Source: Sphyrna mokarran (Eukaryota). Taken from it: 64,000 nt of DNA. A model generated the notes under the pieces. It did no database searches and was not told where the DNA came from. It saw only the letters and a program-made list of their open reading frames with translations. The position numbers and the translations under genes are program-made. Every line of letters begins with the position of its first letter. Position 1 is the stretch's first letter. Of the stretch, positions 12,691-26,170 are shown piece after piece. The stretch is taken from positions 73,222,001 through 73,286,000 of the forward strand of contig JAGIQG010000009.1 in assembly GCA_024679065.1 (NCBI GenBank). Reading direction: 5' to 3'.

Positions 12691-13139
12691 TTGTGCTACC
12701 AAACAAACCTGTTGGACATTAACCTGGTGTTGTGAGACTTCTTACAGCCTCAGCTGCCAGTTGCCTGTTTAGCATGTGAAAATGTTCTTCATGTGCAGAG
12801 TTGGGATCAAGTAATTCCCCATGGACAGATTGTAGTGTTAGAAGCAACATTCAGTGTCACATAAGGTGCCAAGATTGTTGCTGGTTCAGCCTCAAAATAT
12901 CCTCCATTCCTTGATCTTCAGTCTTAGAATGCCAATGCTCATTTCCAAGCTAAGCACAAGAATGAAGGATTCATAATAACATGGTAACAGAAGGTCTCTT
13001 TTCTCATGGAGAAACTGTTTCTTTTCAATCTGTAAACCAAATTCATTTCCAAGGGAACTTGTTTTCCTCCTTCTAATGATAATGGTTTGGTTCATGCATT
13101 TTGACAGTTAATATCCTAGCTGTCCAAATGCACAGCGCA

Positions 13140-13830
13140 TGCTTCAAGAAAAACAACTTCCTTTGGAGTACCTTTATCAGAATGAAATGTCCCAAGGTAC
13201 TTAATTAAGAGTGCTACCAAACAACATTTGACATCAGACCACATCAGGAGATATTGGGACAAGTGAACAAAGATTTTATCAAAGAGGTAGTTTTTTAATA
13301 AATGTGCTTTTGGAAGAGGTAACCAGATAGAGAGGCTTAGGAGAGAATCGCACTGTTCAGTAGCGATACAGCTGAAAAGTGTCAGTGCTAGGTTGAAAGA
13401 AACTGTGTTCCACAAGAAACCAGAATGCAGTGGTTCTTGGACAGTGCAGGCTGGTAGAGTTTACAGAGGTAACAGGGGCAGCGAAGCCATTGAGGGGTTT
13501 AAACATCAGGATAAGAATAATCAATTCACAAAACTGCCAGATGAACGAGATTTAGTTAGAATTTGGATATGGGCAGCAACATTTCACCTCAATTCCTGTT
13601 TACAGTGAGTACAAAGCAAGGGGTTAATCATGAGAGCATTGAATTAGTCAGATCCAGAGGAAAGAGAGGCCTGGATGAGGGTTGCAGCAGCAGATGAACT
13701 GAAGGAGGTTGGAGAAAGGTGATGTTACCGAGATTGTAACGGACAGATTATAGAGTTAGAAGCGACATCAGTGTCACATAGGATGCCAAGGTTGCCTGGT
13801 TTAGCCTCAAAGTAGCCAGAGAAAGGGAGG
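13140..13830 (-). mobile_element. L2-type LINE 3' fragment
   Basis: aacaactt...aaatgtcccaagg tail followed by typical decayed L2 RT sequence (agcattgaattagtcagatccagagg...ctggatgagggtt). Confidence 0.6.
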
Positions 13831-14582
13831 TGGTTCCTACTTCAAAGGAAAGATATACTGGCATTGGAGGCAGTCCAAGAAGGTTCACTAGGTTGATCTT
13901 GGGTATGGAGAGGTTTTCTTAAGTGGAGAAGTTGATTAGGTTGGGCCTGTACTCATTGGACTTTAGAAGAATAAGACGTGGCCTTATTGAGATATATAGG
14001 ATTTACATGATCAATACTGAAAGGCTGTTAACCTTAGTGGGAGAGTCTGGGACCAGAGGACATAATTCCACAGTATTGATCATGTAAATCCTATACCGTT
14101 CAATTTAGGACCGGCCATTAAAGACTGGGATGAGGATGAATTTCTTCTCCGAGGGTAGTGAAACTGTGGAATCCTTACCATGAAGGACTGTTGAAGCTGG
14201 ATCGTTAGATATGTTCAAGACTGAGACAAACAGGTTTTTCATCACTGAGATAAAGGCAAAATGTTGTGGATGCTGAAATCGGAATCTAAAATAAAAATAA
14301 AGTGCTGAAAAATCTTGGCAGGTCTGACGGCATCTGTGGAGAGAGAATAGAGCCAATGTTTCGAGAGGGTCATTCTGACTTGAAATGTTCGTTCTATCCT
14401 CTCTCCACAAATGCTGTCAGATCTGTTGAGATTTTCCAGAAATGAATCAAGGATTTTTGGGGATAAGGCAGGAAAGTAGTGTTGACGATAATCACGTCAG
14501 ATCAGTCATGATCTCAATGAATGGCAGAGTAAACTCAATGAGCCAAATGGCCCACTGCTGCTTGCATGTTTTATTCTATTGT
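13830..14582 (+). mobile_element. CR1 LINE 3' end, interrupted by a Penelope fold-back
   Basis: gatatactggcattggaggcagtccaagaaggttcactagg (KDILALEAVQRRFTR-like), ttcttctccgagggtagtg, CR1 3' UTR gagccaaatggccc. Confidence 0.85.
14251..14440. mobile_element. Fold-back pseudo-LTR fragment of a second Penelope family
   Basis: Inverted arms (aatcttggcaggtctgacggcatctgtggagagagaatag / ctatcctctctccacaaatgctgtcagatctgttgagatt) homologous to 39050-39180; retains hammerhead stem II-GAAA remnant GGGTC-attct-GACTT-GAAA. Confidence 0.7.
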
Positions 14583-16451
14583 GAACCAAAGTCAATAGCT
14601 CCAGTTTTCTCCATTTAATTAGACTAAATGTTTGCTCAAGCAGTACTGGTTGTCAGAAAAGCAGCATGACAAATTAAGTGCCGTGAACATGTCAAGAGAG
14701 GTGGTGCTGGGGTGCCAACAGTCTTTCTAACATAATTTCAGATGATGTTGCTGAAGGGCAGCCTGCTATTGAGAAAAAGGAAAGGGTCAAGTTGGATCCT
14801 AAGGTGATTTCAGAGGGAATCTTTGGAGGAAGTTTGACTTGATAAGGTGGAGAGAAGGAAGCAAGCTGTGAAGACATGAGCAGATGATATCAATCTACGT
14901 CACTAAGATATTCAGAATATTGAGGAGCTATCTAAATGCCAGTGCAACTTATATGTTTTAGAGAATAGGCAAGATTGGATTTTTCTATTTCATATTGCAT
15001 ATTTCATGTAGGATAGTATTCCTGACCATTTTTATGTGAAATTGATAATGTGGGTTTGACCTCAAGCTTGTGCTTGTGAAATATACTTCTATTTGTCATA
15101 TCATGTCATGTGCTTTGCCTGGAGGTAGTTACTTGACTCATTATTATCATATGATGTTTCATCCTGATGTGTTTTCTTGGCAGTTTTTATCAACAGTGAT
15201 TTGCCATTGTTTTCTACTCTTAGGGGCAGAGCAAGGAGGCAGGTCCCAAATCTGTCGAATAGGCATAAAATCCTTGCTGATTGACATCATTCTGAACCAT
15301 ATGCTGACCTTCCAGCTAAATGTGCTAACTGGCTCTGAAACTACTACCTTGGGCAAGTGAATTTAGACTTGAGGCAGCATTATATTGATAAATATGGGCC
15401 AGAATTTTACCACTTATTGGTTACTTAGGAGCGTGCAACCTTGATTACAGCAAATGATATAGGAACATTTCCTTTCTTAATTTATATATTGCAACAGAGC
15501 ACTATCTTTACTCCTGTAAGTTTTCTTGACTGTTATCTGAGTATGTGAGTAGGTGAAGTTGCATTCATTTTTTGGATTATTTTGTGTTTTTAAAATTAGA
15601 TAATCATTTTCTTTAAAAACACATTCTTGAAAATCTGCTGCTGAACAATTTTTTGGATACATGCTCAGGAGTGAAAGCTACTTATACACCATTCCAATTC
15701 TTTGAATTCACTGGTTACAAACAATCTGAAAAGACATTGTCATCAGCTCCCTTCCAACCTAACAAGGAAAGAGGGGCATATAGGAAAATTATACCAAATC
15801 AGCAAGTGAAAAAGGTGGAAATAGAAGTAAATATGCAAACAAACTAAGTTCAAAAAGTCTTGGAACATTAGAAATAAAAGGAAAAGAAGAGCGCAATAAA
15901 AATACTAATAGGCTGGAACAAAATTTAAAAAAAATTAATGAATCATTGATTTGGTCAAAAGAAGTAAGCATTAACATAAAATAACAAAACAGAATATGAA
16001 ATGTATTTACTGTGATGCTTAATCATGGATGAGAATGGAGAAAAGAAAGCAATTATGTCACAGAAGTGTATAGGGCAGTAACTTCCAGTGTTTGCTTACC
16101 TCAAAATCCAAATGATCTTATTTCCCTGACCTTCCAACTTAGGATGGTGAAATCTGTACAGTGCAGATTGCTCGTGGGGTCTACCATTGAGGGCAGCTCG
16201 TTTATAGGTAAATAAGGCAGTCTGAGCATAGAAAGTTAAAGAGTTGAGGGCGATGTGGGAGTCCCATGGAGGATGTGGCGGAGGTTGGAGTCTGTGCCCA
16301 CTGTGTCTGTGATGGCCTCCAAGCATTTGTATATTCTAATTCCATTTTCCAGCACTTGGTCCACAGCCTTATATGCTATGGTTTTTCAAGTACTCATCTA
16401 AATGCTTTAATGGTAGGGTAAATCCCACTGATATTTGTGTATAGGGGGTGC

Positions 16452-16675
16452 TCCTTCCACTCACATTGTTAGCCACTTTAAGACTTGAATAGCAGGTTAG
16501 GTGTAAAGATTCGCATTTTAATCAGTAATCTGTAAACTGTCTGTGCTGATATGTTTGCTATTGGAGGTCAGAACACCTCATTCGCCTGACAAAGGCCATA
16601 GAGCTGAAAGCTTGCGAGTTTACTATCAAATAAATCGGTTGGATTTAAAACTGGTGTTGTCAGACTTCTTACTGG
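16452..16675 (+). mobile_element. Penelope pseudo-LTR 3' fragment
   Basis: Homologous to 44868-45077; imperfect TSD gtatagggggtgc (16439-16451) / gtatagaaggtgc (16676-16688). Confidence 0.8.
16580..16619 (+). ncRNA. Minimal hammerhead ribozyme with one core substitution (G8 to A)
   Basis: AUUCGC-CUGACAA-A-GGC-cauaga-GCU-GAAA-GCUU-GCGAGU; stem I fully paired. Confidence 0.6.
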
Positions 16676-17149
16676 GTATAGAAGGTGCATCAGGGGTAGT
16701 CATGAGGTGGGTTTAATGCAATGGTTACGTCGAATCTAGAAGTGGTTTTAATTCTTCTACCTTTTTTAGCTAATCATTGCTGCAAGATAGTCGGAAATTA
16801 TTTGAAGTTTGCAATTGAACTCACATTTTTTTTGGAGAGTTCCCCAGAGCAGGTTTGCACTTCCCAGCACTTGCTGTGTAATCCTTATCTAGGAACCGCG
16901 AGTGTTGGGTTGGGTATGGGTTTGGTGGTGCTGAGGGGTGGGATGCTGCTGTGTCGGGGGGGCGGCGGGTGCTTGCTGGAGGCAGAGATGCTGAGGGGTG
17001 ACTGAAGGTTCTGGGGTGGGGGGGGGAGGGGGGAGGGGGGGTGGATGCAGCAGAGTTTCCCAGTGTCCTCTCCACTGAATTTTCAGCTGCATAGATTTAA
17101 TAAGACCAGCAAAATCTTGGCTGCAGACTGACCAGGATTAAAAGTTAAC

Positions 17150-19100
17150 CTATCAGTTTACAACCCTATGAAGGTCAGAATATTTAAGTAAGGAGCAGGA
17201 GTGGCAATATTGATGAAGGAGGGCGTAAAAGCTGCAGAGGAAGTATTGATGAGCACAATAGAGACATTGAGAATTTGAAGATAAAAAGAAGTTGTTACAT
17301 TAGTGGAATTGCCTCTCAAGCTCCACAAGACCTGGGTGGCAAATAGAAGAGGAAATCTGTAAATAAGGATAGAAATGATAAAATTCTGCTTTGAGGAAAT
17401 TTTTATAGCTCACATTGTTTGCAACATGTATAAAATAAAGGCAAAAAGGAAATGTATTTCCAGACTGACAGCAGAATTCTTTGCCTTAGCAGTGAGTTTG
17501 TACATTCACAAAGAACATGGTTTTGATGGACAAAGGCCAGAATTATCCAGCTGTTCATGCCCCGCCACCATTGAGGATTGAGAATTTGGCACTCAATCCA
17601 ACTTCTGCTCACTGCATCGGGAACCAAGAATTTCGCCAGTGTGAATGGATAGAGAATGTTGCCCATAGTTAGGAATGAAAAGATATATTGGGCAGAGGAC
17701 TTAACCAAAGGTAAACCACTTGGGAGAATAATATAATGAGATTTAAAGGTGCAGGCTGTAAATTAGAATGGCAAATATTTCAGAAAGATGATGGGCAAGC
17801 ATTCCAAGCTGCAATGGATAGAATGTTTTCACAAAAGATCGTAGATCCCAGAATGAAATGTTTTTGATCGCAGTGAGAGCAATGATTTTGTATAAATGCT
17901 CAAATTTACTGATGACATTTGAAAATAAAAAAAAGACTTCAAGTTGTGGAATTCAATAGTGGATGAATGAAGATGTTATAGAAACAGAATGAAAGCTAAG
18001 AGGAGGATACACAGGCTATACAGGAACAAATAAGAAATAGGAGGGAATGAGGCAGGAAACATGAGGAAAGGATTACAAACACAATGTCAAAAAACATATG
18101 CAGAAAGAAACAAATGCACATTCTTCAGGTACATCCTTTTCAAAGTCAGATGAGTTCCCTGTGGAGTAGTAGTGGTTAACTGGAAGTTTGTGGGGGAGCT
18201 GAGCTTTCTTCTATGTTAATGTAAGAAAAGAGTATTGAGGAAGGTGATTAAACCCTGATTGGGATGATGTATAATAGGCAACCCATGTGAAGCTGTCCAT
18301 TTTGTGCTACCTCAAGACAAATATTTACCCCTATAATGACTCCAGGACTTGGCTATAAAGGACCAGTGCTTTATTGTACAAAATGAAATAAAGCAAAACC
18401 AGAAGCATGTGGTGAACACAAACAGGTCCCAACCAGGATGATACAATAATGGACCCATTAAAGGGTCTACTTTACGTAGGGCTTGATGCACAAGCTTCAT
18501 CTGGTGAGTTGATTACCAATCCCCAGGGAGCTTGTGTTCGACAACTTGTACAAATCCTGACGGTTACTACAACCTCATAGCGTAGAAAGTTGTGATTCAT
18601 TGGTGAATCCATTAACAATCTTAGTAAGACCAAAGTAGAGCACTCTACACAGTTTGGGTTCCATGTTATGTGAACAATGCTGAGTCAATGGAAATGGCAT
18701 AACACCAATTCATTAGGAAATTGAAGAAATTGAAAAAAAAATTAAAGGTTAAACTATTGGCACTGTTATTCAAACAGAATAGATAAAGAGCTAATTTAAT
18801 AGCGGTGTTTAAAGAGGGATAGGAAAATATCAAGGGAACTGTTTTTTTCCAGTAATTGAAGGGCTTAGAATGAGGTCACAGGTATCAAACTGGATGCAAA
18901 ATAATGCGTTTACACAGAGGATTATGAGTCTGTGGCTGTCTGTGAAAGTTAGTGAAGATTGAAACAGAGAGTTAGCATTTAAGAGTCTAATAGATAATTA
19001 TTAAAAGAGGTATGGATAAAGGGATAGTGGGAACAAGATATGGAATTAGGACTGCCAGTCATGGAGGTTGACGACTGACCATGGCCTGGTTAATCCAGAA
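17150..19100 (+). mobile_element. Old, heavily decayed CR1 LINE with internal insertions
   Basis: Scattered CR1 ORF2 remnants, e.g. cttagtaagaccaaagtagagcactctacacagtttggg and tttacacagaggattatgagtctgtgg. Confidence 0.5.
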
Positions 19101-19624
19101 GGGAAAAAAAAACAGTAAAATGGAGAAAATTCAGAAATGGTCTGAACTGGTCGTGTATAGTTTAAAATGGAACACCAGTAAAATGAGGAAATAAGAATAC
19201 TGGACAGAGCAGTTTATTATCTTTGCAGTATTATCTGAGTATAGATCTGCTTTAATTTGGAATAATGGCTGGCAGGAATCTTGCACAGAGGCTGAGTGAC
19301 TTCAGTGATTCTGAGAAGTTTTTCATAAAAATAAAGTACAAAGAGAAGAAATAGGAGGAATTGAGTACAGGGGGCAGTGCCAAAGGGGAACCCCAATATT
19401 TTGAAACCCAACATGCTGGGAGGCAGCCCCAACAGTGTGACATCTTGGGACCCTGTAATTTTCTTGTAAGCGGCTAAAAGGACAGTAAAGAAAGCCATCC
19501 TTGGGGCCAATAGCTTCCACGCTATTCTTCCCACCTGCTGAGCTCTCTGCAAAAAAAAAGAGAAAACTCCATTCAATATGTTCTGTCTTTTCTCAAAATA
19601 AAGGAGGAAATATTAAAACTGCTT

Positions 19625-19925
19625 TAGGTTTATTTATTTATTTATTAGTGTCACAAGTAGGCCTACAGTAACACTGCAATGAAGTTACTGAAAATTCCCT
19701 AGTCACCACACTCCAGCACCTGTTCTGGTACACTGAGGGATAATTTAACTTGGCCAATCCATCTAACCACCATATCTTTTGGACTGTGGAAGGAAGTCAG
19801 TACGCCCAGAGGAAACCCACACAGACATGGGGAGAAAGTGCAGACTCTGCACAGACAGTGACCCAAGATGGGAATCAAACCCGGGCACTTGGTACTGTAA
19901 GGCATCCGATGTTCCACCATGCCAG
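19625..19925 (-). mobile_element. tRNA-derived V-SINE
   Basis: Reverse complement of the family at 11617 (tttattagtgtcacaagtaggc...ggaaacccacacagacatggggaga). Confidence 0.88.
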
Positions 19926-21779
19926 CGGGTTAAAAAACAGTCCAGATCAATCGAGCAAAGGTAACATTTTGAGATAGACAATTGCTTTTTTCAGTAAATA
20001 CAGCTTTCTTTCCACACCAGCACTTAATGCCTATCCCTCATTGCCCTTGAGAAGTTAATGGTGAGCTGTTTTCTTGAACCGCTGCAGTCTCCCTGCGGTG
20101 TAGGTACACCCATAGTGCTATTAGAGAGGGAGTTGCAGGATTCTGACCTAGAAGTGAAGGAACTGTGATACCATTCCAGTTATAGTGAACAATGAATACC
20201 TTTGTGCTGTAAAGAGATCTGCAATGGATCATAGGAGGGTGGGCTGAGACCCACAACACACATCTGCAAAAGTGAATATGGTGAGAAGCAATTCACACTG
20301 GGAGAGAGGGGAAGAGGTCCACAACAGGTGAGAGGAGATGTTTATTTTAAATAGAAGCATGATCTATGATGGAATAAAAAGAAGCACAATGAGAGATGAC
20401 TCAGAAAACAAAATTGACAACAAAGATAGGTGGGATGGAGTACTTGTTAACCTGAAATGTTGGGTAACTTTTCTGCCCTGCCCATCATGGGAATTGTAGC
20501 AGATGAGGCAAAAAATTTGGTGGATCATTTGAAGATCTGTTGACCTTGGACGGCTATTTTTGGTCTTGGGGGGTGTGTGGCTGGAAAATCCCACCCATTA
20601 ACTCTGTTTCTCTTTCCACAGTTGCTGCCAAACCTGTTGAGTAGATTCAAAATAGTTTTCTTGTTTGTCCTTGACAGAATCATCTTGGAAACTTTCTTGT
20701 ATATTTTCCGTGAACTTGTCCTCCACACTATTAGAGTCCATTTATCGTTTGTCTGATCTAATGCAGTTAAAATCATCCATAGTTACAGTATTAACCTTAT
20801 TACATACATTTGTACTTCCTTGATTTATGGCCTGTCCTGCACTGCAATCTCAGTTCAATGACAATTCCCACCAAAACCTTCTGCCCCTTGCAGTTTGCTA
20901 ATTTTACCCAGGCTGATTCAACTTCTTGGTTTTTTTTCTAGCTTAAAATGATTTTATTTAACCATCTTTATCTTGTCCCTTTTTTTTTGTTATCAGAGCT
21001 ATCCTTCCGCCTTTTTAATTTTGTCCAACTCTTCTCCAAGTTAGGTATCGTAGAGTATATAATTTTCTATCTTGCACTTCCTAATACCCATTGGATTAAA
21101 CATCTTAATTTTTATCTGTGCTATTAATTCATCTGATTTGTTACAAGCACTTAAGGCATTCAGGTGTAGTTTTTTTTTTAAATTTGCCTGATGTCACCTT
21201 AGTCACCCATGCCCTAGACAAGAATTCTCCGACCTTGTCGTGGCTAGGATTCTCCAGTCCCACTGCTGTGAATGAAGATTTAATGAACTCCATATTCTCT
21301 GTTTTGCTAGCAGCGTTGGTGGAGTCTACAGTGGAGAATTCCAGCACTAGTACTTCCTTTGTCACTCTTGCTATCCATTCCTGACCCAGTCTGCTTGTTT
21401 TGTTTTTGTCAGCACACCGCTCTACGCTAACATCTTGACGTGTCCTTTGCTGCTTTTGAATTTACCCTTTCCCGAATCCTCCCACTACCAACCTCCCACA
21501 AATTTATTATTAAAATCTACTGCCCAAGTTATTTAATTTGCCAGGACATTAATCCCAACCCATCCCATGGAACAACTTCACCTTTCACCAGTACCAGTGT
21601 CAGAAGTGAAACTCTATTATCTACACTGCACCTTGAGCTATGCATTTAGCCTTCTCATCTGTTTATCAACAGTACTTTTGAGGTTCCATTTATGAAATTG
21701 AATCAAATTCTCTCAACAGAACTTCATTCCGAGTTCTTATGTCTTTGGCTCCTATGTGGATGTTAAACAATAAATCCTA

Positions 21780-22425
21780 AAACATAAGAACTAGGAGCAG
21801 AAGTTGGCCGTCTGGCCCCCTCGAGTCTCCTCCGCAATCCAATAAGATCATGTCTGATCTTTTTATGGTCCCAGCTCACCATAACCCTGAATTCCCTGTT
21901 CAAAAATTTATCTATCCTTGCTTTAAACACGTTAATGAGGTAACCACAATTGCTTCAGTAGGCAGGGAATTCCACTGATTAACAACCCTTTGGGAGAAGA
22001 AGTTCTTCCTCAACTCAGTCCTAAATCTGCTCCATGTTATTTTGAGGCCATGCCTCCTAGTTATAGTTTCACCTGTCAGTGGAAACAACTTCCTTGCTTC
22101 TATCTTATCTATTCCCTTCATAAACTTAAGTTTCTATAAGACCTTCTCTTATTCTTCTGAATTCCAATGAATATAGCCCCAGTGTACACAATCTCTGCTC
22201 ATAAGTCAAACTTCTCCACTCCAGAATCAACCTAGTGAATCTCCTCTGCACTTGTTCCTCAAATAAGGAGACCAAAACTGTAGTCAGTACTCCAGATGTA
22301 GCCTCACTAGTACCTTATACAGCTGCAACATAACTTCCTGTTTTTAAATCCCATCCCTCCAGCAATGAACGACAAAACTCCGTTTACCACCTTAATTAGC
22401 TGTTGCACCTGCAAATCATCTTCTT
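21780..22425 (-). mobile_element. CR1 LINE 3' end
   Basis: ORF 21912..22121 MKGIDKIEARKLFPL...RTELRKNFFSQRVVNQWNSLP is the CR1 ORF2 C-terminus; tail aacataagaactaggagcag. Confidence 0.9.
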
Positions 22426-23118
22426 AACTTCACTCCAAGTTCTTCTGCAGCCTTGAGGAGATGTTATTGAACTCTCACTAGGCAGGCTACAGAACCTTCA
22501 GAGCGCCTGGACACAGTTGTAGAGAACAGCATGCATTCTCCTGACTATACTACCCTACATCACTATAACATTCCCCCCACATGAATGACCTCCTGATGGT
22601 CATCCTGTAGTGCTTGTTATCATCGTCATTGGTCTCAATACTCTCCACCAACTGCCAATTTGGAAGACATTGCCTGAGGTTTGTGTCGGAATAATTCTTT
22701 AACTTTGCCATAAAGGTTCGTCTAAGTCTTTCACATTTTGTGAAGCAATTATTCACAGTTTTAAAGCAATCCCTGTCTCCTTGAATATGGAGATCTAAAT
22801 AAATCTGTAAAACTAGATTGTCTAATGAATGAGAAAAGACACATATTCTCATTCCCAAAACTGAATTAGGAAGAATAACAAGCATGGTATGATTGACATT
22901 ATTATTATCCAACCCCATCCACCACTGTGATCGTCAACAGGCTTTTGGCCAGGCTGCTAAATCTCTGCAACAGTATGATGGAGCTGGAAAATCCCAGTCC
23001 TTTCTTGGCACATTATAATAAAAATAATGTGTAATTTTGAGTAAATCAGTGTACATCATTTTAAAATTAATTTCAGTCATAGGTGTAGCAGATTCCATTA
23101 AAACATAGCAACTTTATA

Positions 23119-23870
23119 TTATGGAGCCCCATAGTTCACTATGCAATGAAATTGATTGATCCAGTGATTAAGTGGTTGTCTGGTTCTACCTATCTCACTA
23201 TACATATCATTGGGTATGTGACCACCTTCCATCCTGCGCACTGCCTGAATGCTGGCAAACATATAATGAGGTTTTGAGCACAACTCAGACCTTGTAACCA
23301 TCAGTTGTGCCCCAAAGCTCAGCTTGATGTCATTCAGTGCATTATGTTGCCCCACTGAAATCGGCAGATGGCCAAGTTCTCTGGAAATATGTGTTCCTGC
23401 TGGATGGAACTCTGCTCCTACAGGACAGACATCTCCTTGTCCATGCTTATGCTCTCTTGCAGCTCCCTGTCATCAATGAGTTGAAGAACTTTCATCAGTT
23501 GAGCTCAAGTAGGCCATGGAATTCTTAGCAAACAGAAAGGTAACTGTCAAGGATGGAATTCCAGCTAAACTGCTCAGGAATGGAAAGTCCCATTTTTGCC
23601 ACACCTTTCATGATCCTTTCCTTCTCTACTGGAAGGTAGGTTCTAATCACAGGGGATGAGGAGTGCAAAAGTCAGCACTCTGTACAGAAACAAAGGTTAT
23701 ACAGTGTAACTACAGTGGCATCTGACTCCTTGGCATCACAGAGAAGGCCTATGGCATAGTCTTATATGCTATACAAGACTCCTGATTGTATGTTTGCAAG
23801 TGTCTTAAGACATTTACAGACATAGTGAAGCCAGAAGCACAGTGCCATTAGATCCAGCACAGCCATGAAT
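23119..23870. mobile_element. RTE-clade LINE fragments in inverted arrangement
   Basis: The + strand 23345-23870 gives PLKSADGQVL, DGIPAKLL, CNYSGI (RTE RT N-terminal part). The - strand 23119-23340 gives VRRMEGGHIPNDMYSE (RTE C-terminal HVxRMxDxRIPK motif). Confidence 0.7.
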
Positions 23871-24062
23871 GGCAGGGAACAGGATATGCTTTTTTTAACC
23901 TTCCCTTCTTGGATATCACTAAAACTACAACATATACAACATGCATCACATGCACTACATTACAAACCCTATAAGCTGTACAAATGAAACCACCTTTCAC
24001 ACCATAAACCATTCTAAGGCAGCATGAGACATCCACTTGAACAATCCAGTACACACCCTGAA

Positions 24063-24080
24063 GTGTGTGTGTGTGTGTGT
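24063..24080. repeat. (GT)9 microsatellite
   Basis: Direct reading. Confidence 0.9.
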
Positions 24081-25139
24081 CCCACAAACATGAATCTTAC
24101 AACACAAAACAGAATAATGCTCATATCAGCTGCATAGCACAAGGTGTCCAAAATAAATAAGTGATAATGTTAAAAGTAATTACACAGGACATGCCAGGCA
24201 ACAAGAATCATGAATAAACTAACAGGACACCTACAATAGCCACCATGAACCTCATTATGCCAAGTACACAACACTCAGCATTTGCTTCATAAAAGAGGGA
24301 CTTTTCCATTACTCAGAGTTATGACTCTTACAGTAGCTTATTGAATAGCACTATCCTGAATTGCTTTCAAAGCATTGTCTATTGACATAATTGGAGAGAA
24401 GCTCACATTTTGAATGTGGGCAGGGATGTTAAATATGCTCACCGCAGAGACATTTCTTCAGATCTACATGCTGAATAGCAAATTACCATTTTGAAGAGGG
24501 AGGAAAGACCATCAGAGTTAAAGGGGCTCATCAAATTCAGCTTGAAATATAAAAGAATTGCATTGAGATATGTGAACAGTGGCTTTAATACTGAAGCCAG
24601 TATTAAATTGAAAGTGCAATGGGTGATCATTTTTTTCAACTTCAATTAGCATCCTTAAGCTGAGCTGCTGAGGTTCAGAGCACATAATCTGTAATCAAAT
24701 CATAACCACAAAAAAATCAGGACAGTTGCCAGTTATTCTTCATGGAAGAGATGCAGTGCAAAGTGGGTTGTGAAAATGATGCTTTGCAATGTCAATCTGG
24801 TGGAAATAATTGTTTCATTTAGTTTGTGCGATCAAATTGCCAGTCGGAATTAGCTCCTTTGTAAGATATTCCATCATATTGAAAATCACACGCCCTGTTA
24901 CTTTCAATAATAAACACATTGAATTGACTAAAGGTTGGTCGCTGTATATAAAAAAAAATCCATAATTGCACAAGAACTTTAAAAAAAAGATTTCTCCTGA
25001 TTGATTTTAAAAGTAGGCTAAACTTTCAACGACCTTTAACTTTTATATTGTAGTCCAAATTGTCAATTAGAATGTTCTAACAAAAAGAAGAAGCAGGTCA
25101 TGCTGAACTATTTGAAAAATACTGTGTAAGTTTTTAAAA

Positions 25140-26170
25140 TTCTTTCACAGGATGTGGGCATTTTTGGTTAGGACAGCATTTATTGCTCATTCCTAATTGT
25201 CCTTGAGAAAGTGGTGGTGAGCTACCTTCTTGGATTACTGCATTTTGTAGTACTGATGCACGAACAGTGTTACTAGGAAGGGAATTCCAGGATTTTGACA
25301 GTGAAAAATCCTGTCACTGGATTTTTATACACTATATAGTTTCAAACCAGAATGATTTGTGACTTGGAGGGGAACTTGCAGGTGGTCGTGTTCCTGTGCA
25401 TCTTTTGCCCTTGTCCTTCTCAGTGGTAGAACTTGAAGGTTTGGAAGAAGACTGTATAAGTTGCTGCAGCGTATCTTGAAGATGGTATACAATGCTACAA
25501 TTATGTACCGGTAGCTGAGGAAGTGAATGCTTAAGGTGGTGGATGTAGTGCCAATCAAGTGAATCAATCATCCACTCAGCACTTCTGACTCAAGATAGTT
25601 GCAAATGCTTTAGCCTTGTCTTTTGCATTAATGTGTTGGGAATCTCCCATTATTTAGAATGAGAGCATTTATGGTGCCTCTTTTGTCAGTTAGTTGTTTA
25701 ACTGCCCACCACCATTTACGACTAAAGAGGACAATAGAGCTTAGATCTGATCTGTTGGTTGCGGAATCAGTTATCTGCTGCACAGTCATTCACTGTTTCG
25801 CATGCATGTAGCTTCACTAGGCTGACACTTGATTTTTAGATATGCCTGGTGTTGCTCTGGATATGCCCTTCTGCGCTGTGCATTCAACCAGGATTGATCT
25901 CTGGCTTAATGCTGTTGGGAGAGTGAGGGATATTTTAGGACGAGAGGTTATACTTCGTGAGGTTGAACACAATTCTGCTGCTGCTGATGGCCTACAGAAT
26001 GACGAATTTTAAGCTGCTAGCTCTGTTTTTGAACTTTTTATCTGTTCCATTTATCAGAGTGTGTTAATGGCACACTACTATGATAGTGGCTATCATCAAT
26101 GTGAAGATGAGATTTTGTCTTCAAAAGGAATCCTATCAATACTGTAATGGTCAGATACATCTGCGACAGA
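25140..26170 (-). mobile_element. Decayed non-LTR retrotransposon (clade uncertain; its tail is shared with the second SINE family)
   Basis: Tail ggatgtgggc...cagcatttattgctcattcctaattgtccttgagaaagtggtggtgagct; same family at ~20010-20190, 50480-50740, 58880-59170 and 62240-62990. Confidence 0.65.

Larger units (their letters stand above)
12014..12743. mobile_element. Penelope-like element remnant: inverted pair of pseudo-LTRs
   Basis: About 12050-12377 is the reverse complement of about 12535-12745; includes the endonuclease C-terminal remnant gggatcttggattcatgtcacac. TSD ACAGCCTCAGCT at 12002-12013 and 12744-12755. Confidence 0.88.

Noticed and set aside
16900-17045. G-rich tracts (also 43140-43260 and 59295-59330) as G-quadruplex or promoter elements
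   Set aside because: They lie in the cores of a repeated DNA-element family, with no CpG island or other support.
19217-19576. Overlapping minus-strand ORFs as a possible nested exon
   Set aside because: No recognisable protein similarity or convincing splice sites.
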